A DNA stretch of 64,000 bases from Singulisphaera sp. GP187. Its GTDB lineage: Bacteria > Planctomycetota > GCA-002687715. Below are positions 26,336-35,572 of the stretch, in pieces. The stretch spans positions 55 through 64,054 of the forward strand of contig CAMDTN010000002.1 of the NCBI GenBank assembly GCA_945907755.1, given 5' to 3'. Position numbers and translations under genes: made by a program. The notes below the pieces were generated by a model. The model saw nothing but the letters and a program-made list of their open reading frames with translations. It was not told where the DNA came from and made no database searches. Positions within the stretch are counted from its first letter, which is position 1; each line of letters opens with the position of its first letter.

Positions 26336-28609
26336 CTACATCATCGTCACGGGGTCGCGGTCGAGAATGATCCTTGCCCCCCGCGCAGCTTTGCGTGGAA
26401 TTGATGGCAACAATGCGGTCAGTTGCGCATCGTCGGGTGCGCGCAGCAGCAGGTGGTGCCTGTGTTCCCCTTGCAGCACTGGCAATGGGCACGGCGCGGG
26501 GCCATCGAGCAAGATTCGACCCGCGGCCACTTCTGGTAGTTGGCGCAGCGCGGCAGCGAGTTCAGCAGCAGCCGTGCTGGCGGCAGATGGGTCCTTTGAT
26601 TGCAACACAATGCGCAACAGCCGTCCTGAAGGTGGATAGCAGTGTTCGGCGCGGGCTGCGAGTTCGCGTTCGGTGAACGCATCGTGGTCGTGACGCGACG
26701 CGCAACTGATGGCGAAATGTTCAGGCATGGTGGTCTGCACCAGTACGCGCCCAGGTTGGTCGCCCCGTCCTGCGCGCCCGGCCACTTGGCACAGCAATTG
26801 GAAGGTGCGCTCCGCCGAGCGAAAATCTGGCACAAACAGGGCGGTGTCCGCCGAGATGACACCCACCAACGTGATGGCTGGAATGTCAAAGCCCTTTGCC
26901 AAAACCTGCGTCCCGATGAGGATGTCCACGGCACCGGTTTTCATGTCGGAATACAGTTTCTCTGGTGCGCCTCTGGTGCGCAGCGCGTCGCCGTCATAGC
27001 GCGCGATGCGCGCTTTGGGGAACAGCGCCTCCGCCGCAGCCGCTACACGTTCTGTGCCGAAGCCGCTGAAACGCAGCGTGGATTGATGGCAATCGGGGCA
27101 CTCTGTCGGGGCGGCACTTTCATGGCCGCAGTAATGGCACAGCATGCGCGCCGTGCCGCGGTAGTGCGTCAACTGAATGGCGCAGTGGGCGCACATGGCT
27201 TTCCATGCGCACATACGGCACACCACCGTGGTGGAAAAACCGCGGCGGTTCAAGAACAACAACACTTGTTCCCTTTGGCGCAGAGTTTGTTCGATGGCTA
27301 CCACCAACTTGCGCGAGAAGATGCCGCCTTGCCCCACGGTTTTCTCGCTGCGCATGTCTACCAAGCCCACATCAGGCAGCGGCCGCCCCCGCACGCGGCG
27401 CGGCAAGGTCAAGCGCTTCATGCGCCCTTCGCGCACGAGGGCTTCGGCTTCAAGGCTGGGGGTGGCCGAGCCCAGCAGCACCATGCAGCCTTCGATGCGC
27501 CCCCGCGCCAAAGCTACATCGCGGGCGTGATAGCGCGGTGCTTGCTGCTGCTTGAACGTTGTCTCGTGTTCTTCGTCGAGGATGATGAGCCCCAAGTTCT
27601 GCACCGGGGCAAAAATGGCGCTGCGCGGGCCCACAACCACGCGCGCGGCGCCCGTGCGCAAACGCTCCCACTGCGCAGAGCGTTCGCCGTCACTGAGGTG
27701 CGAGTGCAATACGGCCACTGCGGGTAAGCGTGCCAGTAGGCGTTCAATGGTCTGCGGGGTCAGACTGATCTCGGGCACCAACAGGATCGCGGCGCGGCCA
27801 GCGCTCAGCGTGCGTTGCAACAAGCGCAGGTACACCTCGGTCTTGCCGCTGCCGGTGACGCCGCGCAACAGAAACGCCGCGTAGTTGTGCGCGTCCAGCG
27901 CGGGCAACAATTCGTGCAGTGCTGCCGCTTGGTCTTCGTTCAACTCGGGCGGCACATCTGGTGTGGGGTTCAACAACGCGAAGGGGTCTTGCGCTACGGC
28001 CACGCGTTGCAGGCGCACCAACCCCGCCCGGGCGAGGGTTTGTGCTGGCAACGGGCTCGTCCGCGCACGCGAGGCGAGCTCTTGCAATGGCAGCGGCTTC
28101 GCCTGCTGCAGCAGCATGCGCAGCATGCGCACGCGCGCGGCGAGTGCAGGGCTGCTCGCGGAAGCGTCCACCCAGAGCTTTGCGGCAGCGGCATCCGCTA
28201 CTTCCACCATCGTGACTTCGCGCCCATGCAGATGATGGCGCACAGCTGCAGGCACCAACGCGGCAAGCGCTTCGCCTGGGTGCGCGGCGTAGTGCTGCGC
28301 CACCCACAAGCCCAGTTGCAATGTGGCTGCCGTCAGCACGGCATGCTGATCGAGCACCTTTTCGATGGAGCGCAGCGGCACCGTCGTGATGCGCCGTTCC
28401 ACACTGGTGACAAACCCGCAAACTTTCCGCGAACCCACTGGTGCAAGCACACGCACACCGGGGCCGATGCGCTCTGCTAACTCCGCGGGCACCGCGTAAC
28501 TGAGCGGCGCGGGCACAGGCAGTTCCAGCGCGACTTCCGCCACCAGCAGTTCTTGTGCTGTGGCGACGGGCTCTTCGCAGGCGAATAGTTCGTGCTGGCG
28601 TGCCGACAC
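26336..28609 (-). CDS. priA: Primosomal protein N' (PriA helicase)
   Basis: Walker A GVTGSGKTEVY, DEEH box, and Cys4 zinc-binding region CRMCAWKAMCAHC...CHYCGHE...CPDC. Likely GTG start at 28609. Confidence 0.8.
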   Translation of the reverse strand: MSARQHELFACEEPVATAQELLVAEVALELPVPAPLSYAVPAELAERIGPGVRVLAPVGSRKVCGFVTSVERRITTVPLRSIEKVLDQHAVLTAATLQLGLWVAQHYAAHPGEALAALVPAAVRHHLHGREVTMVEVADAAAAKLWVDASASSPALAARVRMLRMLLQQAKPLPLQELASRARTSPLPAQTLARAGLVRLQRVAVAQDPFALLNPTPDVPPELNEDQAAALHELLPALDAHNYAAFLLRGVTGSGKTEVYLRLLQRTLSAGRAAILLVPEISLTPQTIERLLARLPAVAVLHSHLSDGERSAQWERLRTGAARVVVGPRSAIFAPVQNLGLIILDEEHETTFKQQQAPRYHARDVALARGRIEGCMVLLGSATPSLEAEALVREGRMKRLTLPRRVRGRPLPDVGLVDMRSEKTVGQGGIFSRKLVVAIEQTLRQREQVLLFLNRRGFSTTVVCRMCAWKAMCAHCAIQLTHYRGTARMLCHYCGHESAAPTECPDCHQSTLRFSGFGTERVAAAAEALFPKARIARYDGDALRTRGAPEKLYSDMKTGAVDILIGTQVLAKGFDIPAITLVGVISADTALFVPDFRSAERTFQLLCQVAGRAGRGDQPGRVLVQTTMPEHFAISCASRHDHDAFTERELAARAEHCYPPSGRLLRIVLQSKDPSAASTAAAELAAALRQLPEVAAGRILLDGPAPCPLPVLQGEHRHHLLLRAPDDAQLTALLPSIPRKAARGARIILDRDPVTMM

Positions 28610-28614
28610 GCGCT

Positions 28615-28944
28615 TCAACTTTGTTGCACGAAACGAGTGCGCTCTTCGCAAGCGCAGGGGATGCGGTGGCAGCGTGGGCAGCCGGCGGTGTAGCGCGCAG
28701 CGGCTTCGCGCATGTCCACACCGCTCATCGACGCGAGTGTGTTCAACCACGCCAGCACATCACCAAACTCAGTGACCAAGTTTTCGCGGTCGTGGTCGCC
28801 GCGCTTCAATGCGCGCGCCAGTTCGCCCACCTCTTCGGTGAACCACATAAAAGTTCCAGCAACGCCGCGGCGCCGGTCTTTCTCGCCGAAGGTGGCATCG
28901 ATGACGCTCTGGAATTCGCTCAGGGACGGGTCGGTGTGGGGCAT
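28615..28944 (-). CDS. MazG-like nucleotide pyrophosphohydrolase (small, single-domain)
   Basis: FMWFTEEVGELARALKRGD...EFGDVLAWLNTLA is the EExxE/D MazG-type motif. 109 aa, located 5 nt upstream of priA. Confidence 0.55.
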   Translation of the reverse strand: MPHTDPSLSEFQSVIDATFGEKDRRRGVAGTFMWFTEEVGELARALKRGDHDRENLVTEFGDVLAWLNTLASMSGVDMREAAARYTAGCPRCHRIPCACEERTRFVQQS

Positions 28945-29037
28945 GGAAACCTCGCTGCGATTCTACAGAGCGAGGCCGACAGCGCCCGCCCTTCCCAGTG
29001 CGGAGACAACGGCTACGCTGCCGCTGAGGTGGTTCGC

Positions 29038-30063
29038 GTGGATGCTCAACAAGTTCGTGCTTTGATCGGCGACTTTGCGTTGGCCCTGCGCGAGCGCGGC
29101 TTGTGGTCCGATGGCGAAGGTCCGGCGGCGGATTTGGCGCGCTCCAACCGTGCCGAGGAATCGCCCGAGGCTTTCTGCGCTTGGATCGAACTGATGCTGC
29201 TGCCGCATGTGGCCGCGGCGCTGGCAGGCACGCAACGTCCAGAGCCTGTTGCGGGTTTTGGCGCTGCGGCTTTGGCAACGCTTGGCCACGACCCAGCGAA
29301 CGCTGCGCTGGTGCGTTTGGCCCACGAATTGGAGCAGGCGTTGAAGCGCCCCGAAGTGGCGAGCCCCTTAGACGAAGCGCTGGCGCGCGCCGAGAGCAGC
29401 GCCGAAGCAGCCGACGCGTTCTACACCTTGTTTGCCAACACGCGCCTGTTGGTGCCGTTGGCCACGGATGAAGCCGGCGCAGCGGTGCAGGACGACGCGA
29501 AGCAATTCGCACCGCTGACGGTGGTGGTCGATGACGTCGAATTCATGGCTGTGTTCGACAGCCCCGAACGGTTGCAAGACTGGGCGGGGGGCGAGATTCC
29601 GCACACAGTGATGTCGGGCATGGCCATCGCGGTCACTCTCGACAGCGCAGGCCCGGTGCAAGTCGTGCTGAACCCAGGCAGCGGCAGCGAGAAAACTTTC
29701 GTGCCGGAAGAACTGGCCGCGTTGCGTGGGCAACTGACCAAAGTGAACGACGATTTGTGGCTGTGTGCTGCGGGCAATGTGCCCTCGGAAGCTGTGCAAC
29801 AAGTGTGCGCCGGGTTGAGCGAAGTTCCCAATGTGCAGGCGGCGCATTTGGCGGTGCGCCTCGCAGAAAGCGAAGACGGCGCGGGTTTGCTGATGTTGGC
29901 TTTTCGCACCGCAGGAAAGGCCGACGATGCGTTGGTCGAACGCGTGACGACGCTATGCACCGCGGCACTCACGGGATTCCACCTGGAACTCCTGTTCTGC
30001 GAGCGCGATGAACATGCGGAAGCGGTGGCGCAAGCCGTGCCAGCCTTCTACACGGTTGTGTGA
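29038..30063 (+). CDS. Fusion protein: YqcC-like (DUF446) N-terminal domain plus SseB-family C-terminal domain
   Basis: N-terminus VRALIGDFALALRERGLWSD...PEAFCAWIELMLLPHV resembles the YqcC/DUF446 core. C-terminus FYTLFANTRLLVPLATDE...APLTVVVDDVEFMAVFDSPERLQ resembles the SseB N-domain. GTG start with GAGG RBS. Confidence 0.45.
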   Translation: MDAQQVRALIGDFALALRERGLWSDGEGPAADLARSNRAEESPEAFCAWIELMLLPHVAAALAGTQRPEPVAGFGAAALATLGHDPANAALVRLAHELEQALKRPEVASPLDEALARAESSAEAADAFYTLFANTRLLVPLATDEAGAAVQDDAKQFAPLTVVVDDVEFMAVFDSPERLQDWAGGEIPHTVMSGMAIAVTLDSAGPVQVVLNPGSGSEKTFVPEELAALRGQLTKVNDDLWLCAAGNVPSEAVQQVCAGLSEVPNVQAAHLAVRLAESEDGAGLLMLAFRTAGKADDALVERVTTLCTAALTGFHLELLFCERDEHAEAVAQAVPAFYTVV

Positions 30064-30978
30064 ATGAGCGCAGCAGTCCTGACCATGTGTGGCGTGGGGC
30101 TGAGCGACGCAGATGTTGGCGCTGCGAGTGCAGTGTTGCTGCGTGCAGGTCTTGCACCGCAGCCGTGCACATGGCTGGAAGCAGATCGCGCTTGCGACAT
30201 CCGTTGCGCAGCGGTGGACTTGCAAGTGCTGGATGTCTTGCGCGCCGCGCTGCCATCCAAGCGTGATTTGTGTTTGCAACTATTGGCCCAGCGCAGCAAG
30301 CGTCTGTTCTTGGCCGACATGGACGCCACAATTGTCAACGTGGAATGCCTTGACGAACTGGCGGCAGAATGCGGCGTCGGTGCGCAAGTGGAACAGATCA
30401 CCACGCGAGCCATGAATGGAACGCTGGATTTCGCAGCGGCACTGCATGCGCGGGTGGCCTTGCTGGCAGCGGCGGGCGCCAGTGTGGATTCGGTGCAGCG
30501 CGTGCTGCGCGAACGCGTGCGCTTGAACCCAGGGGCACGCACGCTGTTGGCCACATTGCACCGGCGCGGCGTGCGCACCGTGTTGGTGTCAGGCGGCTTC
30601 GATGTTTTTGTAGAGCCCGTGGCGCGCACGCTGGGTTTCAACGAGTGGCGCTGCAATCGCTTCGAAGTTGTCGGCGAGCGCATCTGTGGCGTGATGGCGC
30701 CCATCGTTGGGAGCGAAGCCAAGTTGGCCGCATTTCACGAACACTGCAAGGCGCTGTCGATTGCGCCAACGCAAGCCGTGGCGGTGGGCGACGGTGCCAA
30801 CGACATTCCCATGCTGGCAGCGGCGGGTCTAGGTGTGGCGTGGCGCGCGAAAGCTGCGGTGCAAGCTGTAGTGCCGTGCCGCGTCGATCACGGGCCGCTC
30901 AGCACCATTCTGCATTTCTTGGGGGTGCCGCGCGGGGAATGGCAGATGGGGTCAAGCGATTCCGAGGTGCTCGCGTAA
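30064..30978 (+). CDS. serB: Phosphoserine phosphatase (HAD-IB)
   Basis: HAD motifs LFLADMDATIV, VSGGF and GDGANDIPMLAAAGLGVAW, plus an ACT-like N-terminal region. Confidence 0.7.
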   Translation: MSAAVLTMCGVGLSDADVGAASAVLLRAGLAPQPCTWLEADRACDIRCAAVDLQVLDVLRAALPSKRDLCLQLLAQRSKRLFLADMDATIVNVECLDELAAECGVGAQVEQITTRAMNGTLDFAAALHARVALLAAAGASVDSVQRVLRERVRLNPGARTLLATLHRRGVRTVLVSGGFDVFVEPVARTLGFNEWRCNRFEVVGERICGVMAPIVGSEAKLAAFHEHCKALSIAPTQAVAVGDGANDIPMLAAAGLGVAWRAKAAVQAVVPCRVDHGPLSTILHFLGVPRGEWQMGSSDSEVLA

Positions 30979-31617
30979 TGCGCTGACATCGCGCGCGACG
31001 AAGTCTGGATTCATTGCGCGCAACGCACTTTCAGATCCGAAGCCCCAGAGCACCGCGCAACTGCGCACTTGAGCGTTGCGAGCTGCGCGCAGGTCTTGGG
31101 GGCCGTCGCCGACCATGATTGCATCTGCTGGCGCCACGCCCAGTGCCTTGCATGCTGCCAGCAGGGGCAGCGCTGAAGGCTTGCGTTCGGCGTGCGTGTC
31201 GCCGCCGCTGATGCAGGCGAAGTGTTGCGTCAGTTGCAGTGCATCCAAGATGCGACGGCAGTGAGCTTCGGCCTTGTTGGAGATGAGCGCACAGCGTTCA
31301 CGAGGAAGTGCCGCCAGCAATTCTGCGATGCCTGCGTAAGCACGGGTCAGCGCGCCTGCACTGCGTTCGTATTCGCGGTCGTAGACCGCAAGCACGGCGT
31401 TCAAGTCGCACCCCGCCGGCGTGCGGCCCTTGGCGAGATCGGGGAAACAGCGCAGCAGCAGGTTGTGCACGCCATCGCCAACAGAAGCCCGCACGCGTTC
31501 TGCAGTGGGTTCGGGCAACTTCAATGCGGCAGCGGCCCCCTGCACTGCGGCGGTGATTCCGGCGGCGCTGTCCACGAGGGTGCCGTCGAGGTCCCACAGG
31601 ACCGCACCAAATTTCAT
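30952..31617 (-). CDS. HAD-family hydrolase (phosphoglycolate phosphatase-like)
   Basis: Motif I VLWDLDGTLVDS, motif ISNK, and motif IV MVGDGPQDLRAA. Confidence 0.65.
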   Translation of the reverse strand: MKFGAVLWDLDGTLVDSAAGITAAVQGAAAALKLPEPTAERVRASVGDGVHNLLLRCFPDLAKGRTPAGCDLNAVLAVYDREYERSAGALTRAYAGIAELLAALPRERCALISNKAEAHCRRILDALQLTQHFACISGGDTHAERKPSALPLLAACKALGVAPADAIMVGDGPQDLRAARNAQVRSCAVLWGFGSESALRAMNPDFVARDVSALREHLGIA

Positions 31618-33158
31618 GCGGCCTCGCGCGTCACCAACAAAGCTGAAACATCGGCGGCGCCTTTGCGCTCAGCAACTTGTTTCATGATGCTCATGACCAA
31701 CGCGTCGGCTTTGTGGCCTGCGCGTGCGCTCGCCAGCACGCCCAGCAAGACCTTGCGCTCGCCCTCCGCCGTTTGCTCGCGCGGGATGGCGTCAAAGGCA
31801 CCTTCGCTGATTAACACCAAGGCGTCGCCGGGTGCCAAACTGAAACGGCTTTCTTCGAGAGCACGATCGAACACAGGGCCTGCGTCGAAGCCGAGTGCGA
31901 TGCCACTGGTTTGGCGCTTGGCCAGCCCGCCTTCTGCAGCAATCCAATGCAGCGCAGGCACGCGGTGCCCCGCCGAAGCGAAGCACACGCCGCCGTCCAC
32001 GGGGTCGATGATGGCGAGCATCGCGCCCACGAACATTCCGCGCTTCAGGTCAGGCGCGATTTGCGTGTTCAGCAGGCGCAGGATGGCAGCAGGGGACTCG
32101 GCGCTGCGCGCCGCCATGCGGAAGGCCGTGCGTGCCATGGACAGCACCGTGGCAGCGGGCAGCCCGCGCTCTGACGCGGTCATCAGCAGCACCGCCACTT
32201 TGCCCGAGGGCAGGACGAATTGGTCGTAAAGATCGCTACTGATGGCGCCGTGGGAGCGGCTGGCGGTGTCGAAACCCAAGCCAGCGATGGCGGCGATGCG
32301 GCTGGGGCGTAGGCGCTCTTGAAGATCCTGCACCAGCGCGGCTTCTTGTTCGTGCGAGCTGATTTCGGCGCGCAGCGAGGCGGTTTGCGCAATGTCGCGT
32401 GTCATGCGATCAAAGCTGTCTGCCAACACGCCGATTTCGTCTTCACTGCGCACCAGCGTGCGGTGCGTGAAGTTGCCGCCGGCAACCGTCTGCACATCTT
32501 TCAGCAGGTTGGCCAGGGGGCGCATCACCCAGCGTGTGGCTGCGAATAAAACCCCGACAGTGGCGAACAGACCCATCAAGCAACTGGTGAGGATGCGCGC
32601 ACCCATTGACGAGAGGGCCGCTTCGATGCCGCGTTCGGAATAGACCACGGTGGCATGGCCGATGGGTTTGCCGTTGTGATCGCGGATGGCGTGGCTAAAG
32701 AATCGCGCGGGCTCCTCGGGCTTTGCTTGGCCGCGTCCGTAGCGCCCGCGTTTGATCTCTGTGAGCTTGTCGTCGTCTTGGCGCAGGACTTCGCTGTCGG
32801 TGTACTTGAAATCGGTGCCACCGGAGGCCGAGGCCACAGTGACATTCGGAGCGCGCACGATCCAGACATCCAAGGCACCCGTGGTGCCCAACATGCGCTC
32901 CATGGCCGCGCCCTTCCAACCATCGAACGGCACAGTTGCGGCGATGCGTGCTGCGAAAATCCCCTGGCGGTTGAGCTCGTGTTCCAATTCGCCGGCTGCT
33001 GCGCCGCGGGCCACCCATCCCACCAAGCCGATAGCTGCTGCAGCTACCAACCCGACACGCAGCGTGAGGCGCGAGGCGAGCCCAAAGCGCACCGTCCGGT
33101 TCGAAGCGATGCCCGGTTCGTGCGGGGTTTTGGAAGATCCTGTGTTGGGGCGCGCCAT
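31614..33158 (-). CDS. Membrane-anchored HAMP plus PP2C (SpoIIE-type) serine phosphatase
   Basis: TM helix, periplasmic segment, HAMP (NFTHRTLVRSEDEIGVLADSFDRMTRDIAQ), and a C-terminal PP2C/SpoIIE fold with conserved Asp positions. Confidence 0.6.
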   Translation of the reverse strand: MARPNTGSSKTPHEPGIASNRTVRFGLASRLTLRVGLVAAAAIGLVGWVARGAAAGELEHELNRQGIFAARIAATVPFDGWKGAAMERMLGTTGALDVWIVRAPNVTVASASGGTDFKYTDSEVLRQDDDKLTEIKRGRYGRGQAKPEEPARFFSHAIRDHNGKPIGHATVVYSERGIEAALSSMGARILTSCLMGLFATVGVLFAATRWVMRPLANLLKDVQTVAGGNFTHRTLVRSEDEIGVLADSFDRMTRDIAQTASLRAEISSHEQEAALVQDLQERLRPSRIAAIAGLGFDTASRSHGAISSDLYDQFVLPSGKVAVLLMTASERGLPAATVLSMARTAFRMAARSAESPAAILRLLNTQIAPDLKRGMFVGAMLAIIDPVDGGVCFASAGHRVPALHWIAAEGGLAKRQTSGIALGFDAGPVFDRALEESRFSLAPGDALVLISEGAFDAIPREQTAEGERKVLLGVLASARAGHKADALVMSIMKQVAERKGAADVSALLVTREAA

Positions 33159-33159
33159 T

Positions 33160-33609
33160 TCAGCTCGCGGAATATGCGGACGCGATGAGCATTGTGAGCA
33201 GCAGAGCATACAGCCCCGCGCCTAAGTCGTCGGCCACGATGCCGAAGCCTCCACCGATGCGTTCCATACGCCGCAAGGGCGGCGGTTTGAAGATGTCAGC
33301 GACGCGGAATAGCGCGAAGGCCACAAGCGCCAACATGATGCTCGGCTTCTGAGGCAGGGCGCAGGCCAGCCATAGGCCTGCGGCTTCATCCAACACAAAC
33401 CAGCCGGGGTCGCCGCCGCTGCTCTTGGGAGGAAAACGGCGGGCGATCAAAACGCAGCCGATGGTGGCTTCGGCGGCCAGTACGAGTGGCGCTACTGGCC
33501 ACCATGACGCCGGCAACGGCAGCAGCAGCGCCAATGCGAGCGCGCTGGCCACGGTACCGGGAGCGAAGCGTGCGAGGCCGGTACCAAAGAAAGTGGCGCA
33601 GAGGCGCAC
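33160..33609 (-). CDS. pgpA: Phosphatidylglycerophosphatase A
   Basis: FFGTGLARFAPGTVASALAL and WFVLDEAAGLW match PgpA family motifs. Start uncertain (probable GTG). Confidence 0.55.
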   Translation of the reverse strand: MRLCATFFGTGLARFAPGTVASALALALLLPLPASWWPVAPLVLAAEATIGCVLIARRFPPKSSGGDPGWFVLDEAAGLWLACALPQKPSIMLALVAFALFRVADIFKPPPLRRMERIGGGFGIVADDLGAGLYALLLTMLIASAYSAS

Positions 33610-33646
33610 AGCGCTGTTCGGAATGAGCGCCTGCGGTGCGGGCACT

Positions 33647-34237
33647 TCAGTTCTCGGCGGCGTTGAGGTGCGCGAGCGCCTTGCGCATGTAGAACCAACC
33701 CGAGTGAATGGTGCTGAGCAACGCGAGCCATAGCAGGATACGCACGAACCAGTCCCACCATGTGGGTGCAGCATTGCCCAGCGCGTGGCCGAAGAGGACA
33801 GCGCCGATGGCGCAGCACTGCACGACGAATTTCACTTTACCGGGAAGTTCTGCAGCGAACGCCACACCGCGCGATTCGAGGTAGCTGCGAATGGATTGCA
33901 CAAAAAACTCGCGCCCGATGATGGTGACGACGATCCATGCGGGTGTGGCGACTGGGTCCAGCACGGTCAAGAACACGAACGTGCCGCACACCGATACTTT
34001 GTCCACGAACGGGTCCATGATGCGCCCGAACGGCGTCACCAGATTCATGCGGCGAGCGAGATAACCATCCAACCAGTCGGTGGCGCTGGACAGCACGAAC
34101 AGCACGAAACAGATCCAGCCCAAGCGCCCTTGCAGTTCGACGCGATCACGGCCAGCAAGAGCCAACAGCACGAAGGTGGCGGCGCTGAGGCCCAAGCGCG
34201 CAAGCGTGATCTGGTTGGGGAGGTTCAGGATGCGCAC
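33647..34237 (-). CDS. pgsA: CDP-diacylglycerol--glycerol-3-phosphate 3-phosphatidyltransferase
   Basis: CDP-alcohol phosphatidyltransferase motif DWLDGYLARRMNLVTPFGRIMDPFVDK. Confidence 0.75.
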   Translation of the reverse strand: MRILNLPNQITLARLGLSAATFVLLALAGRDRVELQGRLGWICFVLFVLSSATDWLDGYLARRMNLVTPFGRIMDPFVDKVSVCGTFVFLTVLDPVATPAWIVVTIIGREFFVQSIRSYLESRGVAFAAELPGKVKFVVQCCAIGAVLFGHALGNAAPTWWDWFVRILLWLALLSTIHSGWFYMRKALAHLNAAEN

Positions 34238-34243
34238 GGCGGT

Positions 34244-35572
34244 TTAGATCTCGAGAGCGCGGCTGACCGCCGTGCCGAGCAGATCGTAGCCGTCCGCGCC
34301 ATTGATGCTGACAGTGACGACTTCGCCAGCGCGCAAAGTGTCATCGGCGATGCGCACGCTGGCATCGACTTCTGGGGCGTCCATGCGCGTGCGTGCGATG
34401 GCGGGAGCACCGTCGCGTGCAGGTGTATCGACCAACACTTCCAGTTGCGAACCCACGCAGGCTTTGGCTGCGGCAAAGGCGATTTCCTGTTGCAGCAGCA
34501 TCAGGCGCTCCAAGCGTTCGCGCTTCACCTCTTCGGGCAAGTGTCCTTCCAAAGCATCGGCGCGGCTTCCCGGTTCGCGGCTGTACGGGAAGGCACCTAA
34601 GCGCTCGAATCGCGCGCTGCGCAAGAAATGCAACAGGTCTTCGAAGTCGGCATCGGTTTCGCCGGGGAATCCGGTAATGACCGTGGTGCGCAGGGCCAAG
34701 CCTCGGGCGCGCAACATGGTCACCATTGATTCAAGCTCGCGGCGTCCGTAGCCGCGGCGCATCAGTCGCAGCACGCGGTCGCTGGAGTGTTGGATGGGAA
34801 CATCCAAATAAGGCAGCACCGGAGCCCCTGCGGCGAGTGCATCGGCCAAGGCGGGGTTCACTTCTGTGGGGTACGCGTACATCAGCCGCACCCAAGCGAG
34901 GCCTTCGACGCTGCGCAAGCGCTCGACGAGGCGCACCAACCGATTTTCACCGTAAATGTCGGTGCCGTACACGGTGCTGTCCTGTGCCACCAACACAATC
35001 TCGCGCACACCACGAGCTGCCAATGCTCGGGCGCGATGCACCAAGTCTTCCAGCGGCACGGAGCGCATGACGCCGCGAATGTCGGGGATGACACAGAACG
35101 CGCAGGTGTGGTTGCAGCCTTCGCTGATCTTCAAGTACGCGTAGTGCCCCGGCGTCAGGGCGACATCGGCGCGTAAACGGTCGACGGTGAATCCCGGCGC
35201 AGGTGCGTCGCCGCACACTTCTGCGGCCACATCGGCGATCTTGCCGTAGTCCGTGAAGGGCACGTAGCGGTCGACGCCTGGTGCCTCGCGCTCGAGCAGT
35301 TCGCGATAGTTGCCCACCATGCACCCTGCCACCAGCACGGCGCGTGCGTTGGTTTGCTTCAAGCGCACGGCGTCGCGGATGACGCCGAGAGATTCAGTGC
35401 GCGAGGCTTCCAAGAACCCGCACGTGTTGACCACGACCACATCCGCTTGCGCGGGGTCTGTCAGCGCCCGAAACCCGCGCGACACAAGGGTCGACACGAG
35501 CTGTTCGGAATCCACCAGGTTCTTAGGGCAGCCTAAGGAAATGAAGGCGACTGTGTGTTTGGGTGTGCTCAA
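34244..35572 (-). CDS. rimO: Ribosomal protein S12 methylthiotransferase
   Basis: MTTase N-domain, radical-SAM CNHTCAFC cluster motif, and C-terminal TRAM domain. Confidence 0.8.
   Translation of the reverse strand: MSTPKHTVAFISLGCPKNLVDSEQLVSTLVSRGFRALTDPAQADVVVVNTCGFLEASRTESLGVIRDAVRLKQTNARAVLVAGCMVGNYRELLEREAPGVDRYVPFTDYGKIADVAAEVCGDAPAPGFTVDRLRADVALTPGHYAYLKISEGCNHTCAFCVIPDIRGVMRSVPLEDLVHRARALAARGVREIVLVAQDSTVYGTDIYGENRLVRLVERLRSVEGLAWVRLMYAYPTEVNPALADALAAGAPVLPYLDVPIQHSSDRVLRLMRRGYGRRELESMVTMLRARGLALRTTVITGFPGETDADFEDLLHFLRSARFERLGAFPYSREPGSRADALEGHLPEEVKRERLERLMLLQQEIAFAAAKACVGSQLEVLVDTPARDGAPAIARTRMDAPEVDASVRIADDTLRAGEVVTVSINGADGYDLLGTAVSRALEI

Noticed and set aside
26642-27727. 361-aa plus-strand ORF opposite priA
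   Set aside because: Antisense of PriA, which has Walker A, DEEH and a Cys4 zinc finger.
28555-29037. 5' part of the 502-aa plus ORF (28555-30063) overlapping the MazG-like gene and priA start
   Set aside because: This segment lacks homology features and overlaps two good minus-strand genes. The YqcC/SseB-like protein is better explained starting at GTG 29038 with a GAGG RBS.
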